This document shows, in pieces, positions 1 through 12,745 of a stretch of DNA of 64,000 nucleotides. The stretch is from the NCBI GenBank assembly GCA_016182185.1, contig JACOXU010000001.1, positions 115,190-179,189 of the forward strand, given 5' to 3'. A program made the position numbers and the translations under genes. How positions within the stretch are numbered: position 1 is the stretch's first letter; every line of letters begins with the position of its first letter. The notes under the pieces are model-generated. The model saw only the letters and a program-made list of their open reading frames with translations, ran no database searches and had not been told where the DNA came from. Source of the stretch: Candidatus Levyibacteriota bacterium (lineage in GTDB: Bacteria > Patescibacteriota > Microgenomatia > Levybacterales > UBA12049).

Positions 1-516
1 GATTATAGATACTTTCCTGAACCGGATATTCCTCCAATCAGGTGGACGCAAAAACAACTGGAAGGATTTAGAAAGCAAATCCCCGAACTCCCACATTTTA
101 AAGTACAAAAATATGAAAATGAATTAAAAATAAAAGTTAGCGATGCTATTAGAGTAAGTGAGAATATTGAAGTTGCTCAATTTTTCGAGAAGACAGTTAA
201 GATTGGATCAAAACATAATGTATCTCCACAAAGCGTTGCAAATTTCCTTTTAAACAAAGGGGTAAATACAAGTAATATAACACCTGCTGAACTTATAAAA
301 ACTATTATCTCAACTTCTACTTATGCTACTATAGATAATAGTAAGATTAAAAAGGCAGTTGAAAAAGTTCTCCGGGAAAATCCAAAAGCATTAAATGATC
401 TAAGAGTTGGAAAAACCCAAACTCTTCAATTCTTAATAGGCAAAACAATGGCTGAAATAAAAGAAAAAATTGATACAAAAATCATAATCGAAGAAATAAA
501 TAGACAAACAAAATGA
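1..516 (+). CDS. gatB: Asp/Glu-tRNA(Asn/Gln) amidotransferase subunit B, C-terminal part (5'-truncated by the window edge)
   Basis: Frame 1 translates as DYRYFPEPDIPP..., the hallmark GatB motif. The GatB/YqeY-type C-terminal domain (LNDLRVGKTQTLQFLIGKTM) follows. The stop TGA at 514-516 overlaps the next ATG. It is absent from the ORF track because no start codon lies inside the window. Confidence 0.85.
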   Translation, partial: DYRYFPEPDIPPIRWTQKQLEGFRKQIPELPHFKVQKYENELKIKVSDAIRVSENIEVAQFFEKTVKIGSKHNVSPQSVANFLLNKGVNTSNITPAELIKTIISTSTYATIDNSKIKKAVEKVLRENPKALNDLRVGKTQTLQFLIGKTMAEIKEKIDTKIIIEEINRQTK

Positions 517-1055
517 CAGACACAGGAATAGAAATCAAACAGCTAGAACCAAAACATGAAGTACCAAAAGAAGAGTTTTTACACACTCTAAAACCAGAAG
601 ATCGAGATAATATATCCCAATTGATAAAAGGGTTTGAAGCTGCAATGACAGACAGAGATTTAAACGGAGCGCTTATGGTAGTTGGCGGAATAATGAATAA
701 ACTACAACCAAGAAAAGATATTGATATTTTATTGATAAGACAAAGAAGGGAAAAAGATCCTCAAAAACTTCCCTTTGAAACTCAACTAGATTGGGCTACC
801 ATGGATTTCAGAAGATTCAGCAATATAGTAACGAGCATAACTGTATCAGCTAATCTTAGAATAAGTAGCAGAATTGAACCTTCAATAGATGAAGAATTTG
901 AAAATCCTAATATTTTAAAAAGTGACGGCACAATAACATTAATTTCTAATTCAGGGAGAGGACTACCCATGGAGCTAATAAGAGATACAACTGGAAATGT
1001 AGAGCAACAAATTTCTAAGCAAAAAGGTAGGTTTTGTGTAATCGCTGAAGTATAG
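513..1055 (+). CDS. hypothetical protein with a possible minimal nucleotidyltransferase-fold motif
   Basis: 180-aa ORF tightly coupled between gatB (ATGA overlap) and dnaE (1-nt gap). The segment VVGGIMNKLQPRKDIDILLI fits the Pol-beta superfamily signature hG[GS]x9-13Dh[DE]h. The remainder is unrecognised. Confidence 0.35.
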   Translation: MTDTGIEIKQLEPKHEVPKEEFLHTLKPEDRDNISQLIKGFEAAMTDRDLNGALMVVGGIMNKLQPRKDIDILLIRQRREKDPQKLPFETQLDWATMDFRRFSNIVTSITVSANLRISSRIEPSIDEEFENPNILKSDGTITLISNSGRGLPMELIRDTTGNVEQQISKQKGRFCVIAEV

Positions 1056-1056
1056 A

Positions 1057-4000
1057 ATGACTGATTTTGTACATCTTCATAACCATAGCGAATATTCACT
1101 TCTTGATGGACTTTCAAAAATTGAAGAAATGGTGAGAAGAGCAAAAGAGCTTGAGATGAAAGCTCTTGCCATTACAGACCATGGAAATTTATACGGCACG
1201 ATTAAATTCTACAAAGAGTGTGTTGAAAACGGAATTAAACCAATAATAGGAAGCGAAATTTATGTGAGCAGGAGAACCAGGCATCAAAAAGAAGCAGGAC
1301 TGGACACGGATTCTAACCACTTAATTCTTCTTGCAAAAAATGAAACAGGATATAAAAACCTTATGAAGATTATTTCCTACGCGCATCTTGAAGGATACTA
1401 TTACAGACCAAGAACAGATATAGAACTACTAAAAGAATACGCAAATGAACTTATTTGTTTAAGTTCATGCCTCAATGGTTATATAAGCGATCCTCTTTTG
1501 GAAAATCAGGAATCAACCGCAACTGAGCGTGCTAAAAACCTGCAAAAAATTTTTGGTGAGGGAAATTTTTATCTTGAACTGCAAAAACATATAAACATTG
1601 ATAAACAAGATGTTTTAAATCAAAAGCTTCTTAATTTATCTAAAAAATTAAGTATTCCGGTTGTGGCAACAAATGATAATCATTATATTTACCAAAGTGA
1701 TGCTGAAGCACAAGAAATACTTCTTTGCATACAAACGCAAACAACAATAAGCACAAAAAATAGAAGGTTATCCATGATTGACTCGCCTGATTTTTACATG
1801 AAGAGCAAAGAAGAGATGACAGGTCTTTTTCTCCAAACACCTGACGCTATTGAAAATACAATCAAGATATCAGACATGTGCAATCTTGAAATTAAACTAG
1901 GGCAGTGGATAATGCCTGCGTTTGAAGTTCCCCAAAATATATCCCCTGCTGAATATATGAAACAAAAAGTAGATGAAGGTTTGATAAGAAGATATAAAAA
2001 AATTACAAAAGAGATAAAAGATAGAGTAGAATATGAACTTTCAATAATTCTTAAAAAGGGATACGAAACTTATATACTTATAGTCGCAGATTTTGTAGAA
2101 TGGGCAAAATCTCAAGAAATAACCGTAGGTCCAGGAAGAGGGTCAAATGCTGGATCCATAGTTTCTTATGCTTTAGGAATATCCGACATTGACCCGTTGT
2201 TCTTCAAGCTTCCATTCGAGAGATTCCTAAATCCTATGAGACCATCCCCGCCAGACATTGATCTTGATTTTGCCGATAATAGAAGGGATGAAGTAATTGA
2301 GTATGTTACCCAAAAATATGGAAGAGATAAAGTTGCCCAAATTATCACCTTTGGAACAATGGAAGCAAGGGGATCAGTCAGAGACGCAGGTCGGGCGATT
2401 GGAATGCCATACTCCGGGCCAGATAGAATTGCAAAAATGATTCCGCCCGGATGGCAGGGTCACGCAATGACTATTGACAAGGCGCTTGAGCAAAGTCCGG
2501 AACTTCGAATCGTTTATCAAATCGAACCTGAAACAAAACGACTTCTTGATATTGCTAAGAAACTCGAAGGAGTTGCAAGACATGTGTCCGTACACGCTGC
2601 AGGAGTAGTCATCGCTGACAAACCAATTATGGAATATACTCCTTTGCAGAAAGAACCAAATGGAGAAAAAATTATAACCCAATATGATATGTATACCGTT
2701 GGGGAAGAAGGAGTTGGACTTCTGAAAATTGATTTCTTGGGACTTAGAAACCTAACTATTATCCAGGAATCTCTCCGCTTTATCAAGGAAAATCAAAAAA
2801 TAGAGGTAAATTTTTCAAAAATTTCCTTTGATGACAAAAAAACTTATGAACTTCTTGCATCGGGTGAAACAACCGGAATATTTCAGCTTGAGTCTTCTGG
2901 AATGAGAAGATATATTAAAGAACTAAAACCCACCTCTATATTTGATCTTCAAGCAATGGTTGCCTTATATAGACCTGGACCTATGGCAAATATTCCTGAA
3001 TTTATCAAAAGAAAGCACAATCCTTCTCTCATAAGATATCCGGATAAAAGACTTGAGGAGGTACTCAAAGAATCCTACGGAATAATTACTTTCCAAGATG
3101 ATCTTCTTCTTACAGCTATTATGGTAGCTGGTTACTCGTGGCTTGAGGCAGATAAATTAAGAAAAGCGGTTGGAAAAAAAATTCCTTCTGAGATGAAAAA
3201 ACAGCATGATAAATTTGTAGAAGGATGCGTCGCAAATGGAATGGGACAGAGAAATGCAGAGACTCTCTGGACACTATTTGAACCATTTGCTGGGTACGGA
3301 TTTGGGAAAGCCCACGCAGCCTGCTATGCAACAATTGCCTTCAGAACTGCCTATCTTAAGGCGCATTTCCCTGTAGAATTTATGACTGCATTTTTAACCG
3401 CTGAATCAAGAGGAACAACCGGACCTGTAAAAAATGAAAAAATCGCACAGGCAATTGCAGAATGTAAACGTTTAAATTTAAAAGTATTGCCTCCTCACAT
3501 AAATAAATCAGGAAGTGAGTTTTCAATTGAGAATAAATCCGATATTAGATTTGGGCTATCTGCAATCAAGAATATCGGTGATGCTGCGATTAGAACAATA
3601 CTTGATAGTCGATCTAGAGGATTATTTAAAAATCTTCAAGATTTTTGTCTTAGAGTAAACTTAGGTGCAGTAAATAAGAAGACAATGGAAAGCCTAATTA
3701 AGGCAGGTGCGTTTGACTCATTTGGCAAAAGAGCAAGTCTTCTTATAGAATACCCTCAGATTATTGATAGAGTTAATAAGATAAAAAAGCAAAAAAATGA
3801 AGGCCAAGGCTCACTATTTGATAATCCCACAGTTTCCTCAAATAAGCTCAGCCCGCATTCAAGTCTTGACATTGATGATTTTTCTTTGGAAGAAAAATTG
3901 GCATTCGAGAAAGAATTTTTAGGCTTCTACTTAACATCTCATCCAATGCTAGATCAGCTAAGGGAGATAAAAAACATTATTACTCATGAAATTGCTCTCA

Positions 4001-4284
4001 TAGAAGATGAAAAAGAAGGCTCCAAAGTAAAAATTGGAGGAATTATTGAGGGGGTTAGAAAAATATTTACTAAAAAAACTAATAGTGAAATGGCCTTTGT
4101 AACCATAGTCGATGATAAAGGAATCTCTGCAGAATGTGTTGTTTTCCCAAAAACATATGATACGTACAAATCATTTATTTCAAAAGACACGGTTATTGTA
4201 CTTGAAGGAAAAATTGATAGCAATAATGATAAATTGGTAATTATTGTAGAAAAAATCTTCTCTTTGAATAATTTTTCTTCTTGA
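1057..4284 (+). CDS. dnaE: DNA polymerase III alpha subunit
   Basis: 1075 aa. N-terminal PHP domain (HLHNHSEYSLLDG, ITDHGNLYG), polymerase core and a C-terminal OB fold. Length and order are typical of DnaE. Confidence 0.95.
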   Translation: MTDFVHLHNHSEYSLLDGLSKIEEMVRRAKELEMKALAITDHGNLYGTIKFYKECVENGIKPIIGSEIYVSRRTRHQKEAGLDTDSNHLILLAKNETGYKNLMKIISYAHLEGYYYRPRTDIELLKEYANELICLSSCLNGYISDPLLENQESTATERAKNLQKIFGEGNFYLELQKHINIDKQDVLNQKLLNLSKKLSIPVVATNDNHYIYQSDAEAQEILLCIQTQTTISTKNRRLSMIDSPDFYMKSKEEMTGLFLQTPDAIENTIKISDMCNLEIKLGQWIMPAFEVPQNISPAEYMKQKVDEGLIRRYKKITKEIKDRVEYELSIILKKGYETYILIVADFVEWAKSQEITVGPGRGSNAGSIVSYALGISDIDPLFFKLPFERFLNPMRPSPPDIDLDFADNRRDEVIEYVTQKYGRDKVAQIITFGTMEARGSVRDAGRAIGMPYSGPDRIAKMIPPGWQGHAMTIDKALEQSPELRIVYQIEPETKRLLDIAKKLEGVARHVSVHAAGVVIADKPIMEYTPLQKEPNGEKIITQYDMYTVGEEGVGLLKIDFLGLRNLTIIQESLRFIKENQKIEVNFSKISFDDKKTYELLASGETTGIFQLESSGMRRYIKELKPTSIFDLQAMVALYRPGPMANIPEFIKRKHNPSLIRYPDKRLEEVLKESYGIITFQDDLLLTAIMVAGYSWLEADKLRKAVGKKIPSEMKKQHDKFVEGCVANGMGQRNAETLWTLFEPFAGYGFGKAHAACYATIAFRTAYLKAHFPVEFMTAFLTAESRGTTGPVKNEKIAQAIAECKRLNLKVLPPHINKSGSEFSIENKSDIRFGLSAIKNIGDAAIRTILDSRSRGLFKNLQDFCLRVNLGAVNKKTMESLIKAGAFDSFGKRASLLIEYPQIIDRVNKIKKQKNEGQGSLFDNPTVSSNKLSPHSSLDIDDFSLEEKLAFEKEFLGFYLTSHPMLDQLREIKNIITHEIALIEDEKEGSKVKIGGIIEGVRKIFTKKTNSEMAFVTIVDDKGISAECVVFPKTYDTYKSFISKDTVIVLEGKIDSNNDKLVIIVEKIFSLNNFSS

Positions 4285-4309
4285 CTTACCCACGATTTAC
4301 GCTTAAAAT
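4281..4309 (+). promoter_or_regulatory. candidate sigma70-like promoter of the atp operon: TTGACT, 17 nt, TAAAAT
   Basis: The -35 TTGACT (4281-4286) overlaps the dnaE stop codon. After a 17-nt spacer comes -10 TAAAAT (4304-4309). The atpB ATG at 4316 sits about 7 nt downstream, implying a leaderless or near-leaderless transcript. Confidence 0.3.
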
Positions 4310-4315
4310 AGCATT

Positions 4316-5047
4316 ATGCATTCGTCCTTTGCTGCAGAGTCTGTTGTGCAAATTGGCATTTTTAAGGTGACAAATGCACTAATAAATGCTCTTTTTGTCG
4401 ACATAATTATCATTGCGATTTGTTATTTAGTAGCAAAGAATATAAAGCTCATTCCTGGATATTTACAGAATGCTACAGAACTTATCATACATTCTTTTTA
4501 TGAAATGACTGAGTCAGTTGCCCAAGAAAAAGCAAAAATTATATTTCCATTTTTCATGAGTTTTTTTATTTTTATTCTTCTGTCTAATTGGACAGCTCTT
4601 TTGCCCGGTGTCACAAGCATCGGGTTTTTTAAAGATCACGAGCTAGTTCCGCTCATGAGAGGAGCGACAAGCGATCTGAATACAACTCTTGGGCTTGCAT
4701 TGGTCTCAATTGCTGCCACTCACATCATGAGCATAAGAGCCGTTGGTGTGAAAGATTATCTTAGCCGGTACATATCACTTAACCCGATTAATCTATTTAT
4801 TGGAATTCTGGAGATTATCTCAGAAATTACCAAAGTAATATCGTTGTCATTCCGACTTTTTGGCAATATTTTTGCGGGTGAAATTGTCTTATTTACTGTT
4901 TCTGGAATCTTCGCGTTCTTATTCCCAATACCTTTCCTCACCCTTGAAATAATTGTAGGATTAGTTCAGGCATTAGTGTTTTCGATGCTAACTATGGCAT
5001 TTATGGCAATTCTTACAACACCACATCATCAACCAGACCATGCTTAA
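4316..5047 (+). CDS. atpB: F0F1 ATP synthase subunit a
   Basis: Polytopic protein carrying the conserved LSFRLFGNIFAGE arginine-containing helix of subunit a. It opens the atp operon. Confidence 0.85.
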   Translation: MHSSFAAESVVQIGIFKVTNALINALFVDIIIIAICYLVAKNIKLIPGYLQNATELIIHSFYEMTESVAQEKAKIIFPFFMSFFIFILLSNWTALLPGVTSIGFFKDHELVPLMRGATSDLNTTLGLALVSIAATHIMSIRAVGVKDYLSRYISLNPINLFIGILEIISEITKVISLSFRLFGNIFAGEIVLFTVSGIFAFLFPIPFLTLEIIVGLVQALVFSMLTMAFMAILTTPHHQPDHA

Positions 5048-5103
5048 TTATGATTATAAACATTGATATTTTGACAGAAAATTTTAAAGGGGGTGAGTGC
5101 TAA

Positions 5104-5310
<207 letters not shown>

Positions 5311-5316
5311 TAATTT

Positions 5317-5820
5317 ATGGAAATTATTAATAACTTTGGGCTTGATCCTCTTCTGCTGGGCGCTCAAATAGTAAATTTTTTAATTATTTTTTATGTCCTG
5401 AAAAGGTTTTTATACAAACCTGTGCTTGGTATTCTCAAAAAGCGAGAAGATACAATAAAAGAAGGATTAAGACAAGCAGAGGATGGTAAAAAACTGTTTG
5501 AGGAAGCGCAAAATAAAGAAAAGGAAATTCTTACAAGGGCACAAAATCAAGCCCAGACAATACTTGAAGAAGCTAAAATTCAAACTGATGAATTAGCAAA
5601 ACAAATTGAGCAAAAAGCACAAAAAAACGCCAGCGATATAATAAATTCTGCCACCGAAAAAATAAACCAGGAGAGAGAAATAGCAGAAAAAAAACTTAGC
5701 GAATATGTTTCAAGGTTGGCGGTTGAGCTTTTGGAAAAATCTGCATCTGAGCTATTTGATGCTAAAGACCAAAAGCAACTAATAAAAATAGCAACTGATA
5801 AATTTAAAAAACTTAATTAA
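5317..5820 (+). CDS. atpF: F0F1 ATP synthase subunit b
   Basis: 167 aa with one N-terminal TM helix and a long charged coiled-coil. It lies between atpE and atpH. Confidence 0.75.
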   Translation: MEIINNFGLDPLLLGAQIVNFLIIFYVLKRFLYKPVLGILKKREDTIKEGLRQAEDGKKLFEEAQNKEKEILTRAQNQAQTILEEAKIQTDELAKQIEQKAQKNASDIINSATEKINQEREIAEKKLSEYVSRLAVELLEKSASELFDAKDQKQLIKIATDKFKKLN

Positions 5821-5823
5821 ATT

Positions 5824-6189
5824 ATGGACTATAAAAAAATAAAAAAAATTGCAGAACAAAGTTTCATAAACAACAAGCTAGATCCTAAAATCGTAAACTT
5901 TGTTACAAAAAAACTTAAAAGATCTGAGATTAAAAAATATATAAAAATTTTGAGATTACTAGAAAGAAAAAAAACAATATACTTAGTACTTCCCAAAGTT
6001 ACAGAAAACCAGGGGACCGATTATGTTTTAAGCTATCTTAATAAAACTTACCCTGATAAAAAAATAGAAATTGAAAAAGATCCCTCGCTTATATCGGGAA
6101 TAAAAATTCTAAACGATGATATTATTTATAATTATAACGTTAAAGATACAATTAATAATCTTATTTCGCACATCAATAAAAATTTATGA
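5824..6189 (+). CDS. atpH: F0F1 ATP synthase subunit delta (short form)
   Basis: The C-terminal part ([31 protein letters not shown]) matches the delta/OSCP C-terminal consensus. Position between atpF and atpA supports the call. At 121 aa it is shorter than typical delta. Confidence 0.6.
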   Translation: MDYKKIKKIAEQSFINNKLDPKIVNFVTKKLKRSEIKKYIKILRLLERKKTIYLVLPKVTENQGTDYVLSYLNKTYPDKKIEIEKDPSLISGIKILNDDIIYNYNVKDTINNLISHINKNL

Positions 6190-7709
6190 TAGACAATAAG
6201 AAAATAATTGACCAGTTAGAAAAAAGCCTCACAACATTCACTTATAAATCAACCACCCAAAACGTCGGCATTGTTGAAAAAAATACTGATGGAGTGGTGG
6301 TTGTCTCTGGCTTGTCAAAGGCATTTATGGGAGAGGAAGTGCGATTTGAGGAGGGATCATCAGGAGTAATTTTGAACCTAGATGAGGATACTGTTTCAAT
6401 TATTCTTTTCGGCAGGGGGGAAAACATAACAGAAGGAAGTACTGTCAAAACAACGGGCAAAATATTAAGCATAAATGTATCCGAAAAACTTATTGGAAGA
6501 ATAATCTCGCCCATGGGCGATCCTCTTGATGGAAAACAAAAAATCAAAGATGGAAAACAAATGCCATTTGAAAGAATTGCTCCGGGAGTTGTCGAAAGAG
6601 AACCTGTAAATACCCCTCTTAAAACGGGAGTCAAACTTATTGACGCACTCATTCCCATAGGAAGGGGACAAAGAGAACTGATTATCGGAGATAGAGGGTT
6701 AGGCAAAACAGCAATAGCAATTGATGCAATTATTAATCAACTTCCTCAAAAAGGATCAAAACTTCCTCCTGTAATTTGTATTTACGTTCCAATCGGCCAA
6801 AAGCAAAGCACTGTGGCCCAAGTTGCAGATAAGCTGAGAGAAGCCGGATCAATGGATTATACGATTATTGTATCGGCAACTGCTTCTGAGCCTGCAGCCC
6901 TACAATACCTTGCCCCCTATGCAGGAACTGCTATTGCCGAGTATTTTATGGAAAAAGGTAAAGATGTTTTAATCGTTTACGACGATCTCTCAAAGCACGC
7001 ATGGGCGTACAGGCAAATTTCACTAGTTCTTCGAAGACCTGCTGGTCGAGAAGCATATCCTGGAGATATTTTTTATCTTCACAGCAGATTGCTTGAACGG
7101 GCGGTAAAGCTAAACAAAGAAAATGGGGGCGGATCAATAACGGCGCTGCCTATTGTCGAAACTCAAGCAAGTGATATGTCTGCCTATATTCCTACCAACA
7201 TAATCTCAATTACCGACGGGCAGATTTATCTTGAATCTAATCTTTTTAATGCGGGTATAAGACCGGCAGTCAACGTCGGAAATTCTGTCTCAAGAGTCGG
7301 AGGAGCTGCTCAGACTTCAAGCATAAAATCAATCGCCGGAAAGATGAGACTTGAACTTGCTCAGTATAGAGAACTTGCTGTCTTTGCCCAATTCGGCAGC
7401 GAGCTTGATCAAGCAACTTTAGGACAACTTGAGAGAGGAAAAAGAACCACGGAAATACTTAAGCAGTCGCAATACAATCCCCTACCTGAATCATATCAAT
7501 TCTTAAGCATTTGGGCGGTCACAAATGGACATCTGGACGACATACCCGTTGAATCATGCAGGAAGTTTGAAAAAGAGTTTCATGAATTTATTAAAAGAAA
7601 ATACAACATAATATTAGATGCTCTCTCCTCGGGAGAAAAACCAAAAGAAGAAATAATAAAAAAAATAGAAAAAGCAATTGCTGAATTTAAGAAGATGTTC
7701 AGCCCATAA
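6186..7709 (+). CDS. atpA: F0F1 ATP synthase subunit alpha
   Basis: Walker A GDRGLGKT, 507 aa and the alpha-subunit signature region. Confidence 0.95.
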   Translation: MIDNKKIIDQLEKSLTTFTYKSTTQNVGIVEKNTDGVVVVSGLSKAFMGEEVRFEEGSSGVILNLDEDTVSIILFGRGENITEGSTVKTTGKILSINVSEKLIGRIISPMGDPLDGKQKIKDGKQMPFERIAPGVVEREPVNTPLKTGVKLIDALIPIGRGQRELIIGDRGLGKTAIAIDAIINQLPQKGSKLPPVICIYVPIGQKQSTVAQVADKLREAGSMDYTIIVSATASEPAALQYLAPYAGTAIAEYFMEKGKDVLIVYDDLSKHAWAYRQISLVLRRPAGREAYPGDIFYLHSRLLERAVKLNKENGGGSITALPIVETQASDMSAYIPTNIISITDGQIYLESNLFNAGIRPAVNVGNSVSRVGGAAQTSSIKSIAGKMRLELAQYRELAVFAQFGSELDQATLGQLERGKRTTEILKQSQYNPLPESYQFLSIWAVTNGHLDDIPVESCRKFEKEFHEFIKRKYNIILDALSSGEKPKEEIIKKIEKAIAEFKKMFSP

Positions 7710-7714
7710 ACCAT

Positions 7715-10004
<2,290 letters not shown>

Positions 10005-10005
10005 T

Positions 10006-10425
10006 ATGAATCTTCATCTAGAAATAATTACTCCTGAAAAAATAATTTTTGAAAGCGAAGCTGATGAGATAATTGTTCCAACCTTAAACGGACAAATTGG
10101 TATTCTGCCAAACCACATCGGACTCCTTACTAAAATTATTCCCGGAGAGTTAATTATTCGCAAAGGAAGCGCGCAAACATTGCTTGCGATAACGGGAGGT
10201 TTTCTTGAGGTAAATAATAATAATGTTAGCATTTTGGCCGATTATGCAGTAAAAGCAGAAGATGTTGAGATTGCCCGAGCTCAAGAGGCCCAAAAACGAG
10301 CAGAAAAGCTCATGCAGGAGAAAACAACCGAAAAAGACTTTAAAGTTGCCCAGGCAGAACTCATAAAATCAATTCTTGAACTTCGAGTAGCGGGCAAAAT
10401 TAAGAAAAGATCCTCTCAGTCATAA
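10006..10425 (+). CDS. atpC: F0F1 ATP synthase subunit epsilon
   Basis: MNLHLEIITPEK... has a beta-sandwich N-domain followed by a helical hairpin. The ORF-track start at 9976 overlaps atpD, so the ATG at 10006, just after the atpD stop, is the likelier start. Confidence 0.8.
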   Translation: MNLHLEIITPEKIIFESEADEIIVPTLNGQIGILPNHIGLLTKIIPGELIIRKGSAQTLLAITGGFLEVNNNNVSILADYAVKAEDVEIARAQEAQKRAEKLMQEKTTEKDFKVAQAELIKSILELRVAGKIKKRSSQS

Positions 10426-10427
10426 AT

Positions 10428-11039
10428 CTAAAAAGTTGTCGGTTCACCTAATTTACACAGACCGCACTCCGCTTGAGACCAAGATTCCATTTTTATCTTC
10501 ACCAAAGCATTTATTCTATCTATTCCGATATCTTTTGGTTTTACGTCTCCCCTATTGCATAATACCGAAAGACCTGTAATACTCCCGCCTGCCAATTTTA
10601 CGGAGTTAATTACCTCCTTTACTGAACCTCCAGTTGTTAGAATATCATCAACAACCAAGACATTTCTATCGCAAATCAGATCCGCCTGTCCTCTATGAAA
10701 TTCAAACCGATTAGCCTTTTTTTGGGCAAAAATGTCCAGAATATCTTTGCCGGTCATTTTAGTTAAAAAGCTTGCAACAAGACATGCTAAGATCATCCCT
10801 CCTCTTTCAGGACCTACTACAATTTCTACTCCTTTATCTTTAAAATCATTTGCTATCATCAAACAAAGCTCAGAAGTTTCTTGAGTGTGAAGATAAAGAT
10901 TACGTTTCTCAAGATAACTATCTGAATGCCGCCCGGATGTCAATTTGAAATGCCCTTTTTGGATTACCAAAGTATCTGTAAGAATTTGAAGCACTCTTTC
11001 TTCTCGAGGAATTTGAAAATCTCCTTCTTGTTTTGTCAT
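10428..11039 (-). CDS. pyrE: orotate phosphoribosyltransferase
   Basis: PRPP-binding motif VLVVDDILTTGGS. It sits immediately downstream of pyrF on the same strand. Confidence 0.75.
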   Translation of the reverse strand: MTKQEGDFQIPREERVLQILTDTLVIQKGHFKLTSGRHSDSYLEKRNLYLHTQETSELCLMIANDFKDKGVEIVVGPERGGMILACLVASFLTKMTGKDILDIFAQKKANRFEFHRGQADLICDRNVLVVDDILTTGGSVKEVINSVKLAGGSITGLSVLCNRGDVKPKDIGIDRINALVKIKMESWSQAECGLCKLGEPTTF

Positions 11040-11816
11040 TTATACGGCTTGCCTTATCTCATTAATATGATTTCTTAATTTTTCTGTTTCTCTTCTTGCA
11101 GCCTCGGCAAAATCTAGCTGCTTTGAAGCGAAAATTATTCCTCTTGACGAATTAATTATCATCCCCCAACCCCTATTGTCCATGCCTGCTTTTACAGTTT
11201 CCTCAACTTCTCCGCCTTGCGCCCCAATTCCTGGAATCAAAATAGGCATATCCCCAACTATTTTTCTGACGTATTCAAGGTGATGGGGGTAGGTAGCGCC
11301 AACAACTACACCGACATTCCCATTTTCATTCCAATGCTTTGAAACCCTCTTGGCTACATATTCATACATTCGAGTAGTGGATACATCCGTAAAGCGGCTT
11401 ACAAATAAATCCTGAAATTCATCAGCTCCGGGGTTTGAAGTTTTTACTAATACAATTATTCCTTTGTCTTTGCGGTCTAGAAATGGTTTTAAGGCTTCTT
11501 TACCAAGGTATGGATGTACTGTAACAGCATCTGCTCCATAATGATCAAAAGCTGCCTCTACATAACCTAAATTTGTGTTGCCTATATCAGCTCTTTTAGC
11601 ATCCAAAATCACCGGAACATCAGGACAAGTATCTCTTATATAATCAATAGTTACAGACAAAGCCTCTAGGCCCTGTGTTCCTTGCGCTTCGTAAAAAGCT
11701 ATATTAGGCTTATAGGCGCAGACCAAGTCACAAGTTGCATCTATAATCTGTTCGTTATTAGATTTGGATTTATTTTCGTTTTCCGGATTATTTGGGGGCA
11801 ATTCTTTTTTCGGCAT
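11040..11816 (-). CDS. pyrF: orotidine 5'-phosphate decarboxylase (type 2)
   Basis: Motifs YKPNIAFYE and LDAKRADIGNT are characteristic of OMP decarboxylase. Confidence 0.8.
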   Translation of the reverse strand: MPKKELPPNNPENENKSKSNNEQIIDATCDLVCAYKPNIAFYEAQGTQGLEALSVTIDYIRDTCPDVPVILDAKRADIGNTNLGYVEAAFDHYGADAVTVHPYLGKEALKPFLDRKDKGIIVLVKTSNPGADEFQDLFVSRFTDVSTTRMYEYVAKRVSKHWNENGNVGVVVGATYPHHLEYVRKIVGDMPILIPGIGAQGGEVEETVKAGMDNRGWGMIINSSRGIIFASKQLDFAEAARRETEKLRNHINEIRQAV

Positions 11817-11926
11817 AATAGGAGACAGTTTGCTTATATTATAGATGCAAAGACCTATTTGTCAATTATTTGCGCTTTTGAGAAAAATTTCATACAATAA
11901 ACGCGTGCCGAGTCAAACTCGGTTTT

Positions 11927-11998
11927 GCCGATGTAGCTCAGTGGCAGAGCAAATGTTTCGTAAACATTAGGTCGGAGGTTCAATTCCTCCCATCGGCT
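11927..11998 (+). tRNA. tRNA-Thr (anticodon CGT)
   Basis: Cloverleaf read directly from the sequence. Acceptor GCCGATG/CATCGGC, D-arm GCTC/GAGC, anticodon stem AATGT/ACATT with loop TTCGTAA, T-arm GGAGG-TTCAATT-CCTCC. No CCA is encoded. Confidence 0.85.
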
Positions 11999-12025
11999 CA
12001 CAATTGTACTGAGCTTAAGCAAAGT

Positions 12026-12745
12026 ATGAGAAAACGAGCTTCGGGATCTAGATTATCAAGAAGACTGGAAAGACAATCAAAAAGAAATCTTTTCTTAAGT
12101 ATCGTTGGTATTCTTATAACCTTTTTTCTGGCTGTAAAATTCGGTATCCCCCTTCTGGTAAATTTTAGTTTATTCATATCAGGATCAAACAACTCAAATT
12201 TGCCCGCAAAACGCTCTACAGCAAGTTTTCTTCCTTCTCCCATACTGATTTCCCAATTCACTGCAACTAATAGCGCCAGAATATATGTTCCAGGAACATC
12301 TTCCCCTGAGATAGATATCGAGATTTATCATGATGGCAGATTAATTGATAAGATACAGTCGGATAAAAACGGAGCATTTTCATTTGAGATCACGCTTAAT
12401 TCAGGTGCAAATCAAATTAAGGTCAAAGCAAAGAAAGATATGGACGAAAGTGACTACTCAAATATTTTAACTATTAATTATAACAACAATCCTCCTAAGT
12501 TAGACGTTAATTCACCTTCGGATGGCCAATCCTTTCCGAAACATCAAGAAATTATTACAGTATCTGGAAATACAGATGAAAATGTGAGAGTAACAGTAAA
12601 TGGATTCTGGGCAATAATCAACGAAAATAATAATTTTTCCTATGAACTTAAATTAAGTGAAGGTGAAAATATAGTTAAAATTGAAGCCATCGATCAATCT
12701 GGAAACAAAACAATGAAAGAATTAAAAATCACGCGTTCTCAGTAA
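12026..12745 (+). CDS. membrane-anchored protein with tandem Ig-like (Big-like) domains
   Basis: Basic N-terminus plus one TM helix, followed by two roughly 80-aa beta-rich repeats (…NQIKVKAKD…/…NIVKIEAIDQSGN…). Confidence 0.5.
   Translation: MRKRASGSRLSRRLERQSKRNLFLSIVGILITFFLAVKFGIPLLVNFSLFISGSNNSNLPAKRSTASFLPSPILISQFTATNSARIYVPGTSSPEIDIEIYHDGRLIDKIQSDKNGAFSFEITLNSGANQIKVKAKKDMDESDYSNILTINYNNNPPKLDVNSPSDGQSFPKHQEIITVSGNTDENVRVTVNGFWAIINENNNFSYELKLSEGENIVKIEAIDQSGNKTMKELKITRSQ

Noticed and set aside
782-1144. Minus-strand 120-aa ORF spanning the junction of the NTase-like ORF and dnaE
   Set aside because: It is antisense to the tightly packed plus-strand operon. Its start would lie inside dnaE.
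11998-12261. Minus-strand 87-aa ORF overlapping the tRNA-Thr 3' end and the Ig-like gene
   Set aside because: It is antisense to a better-supported plus-strand CDS and to the tRNA, with no motif.
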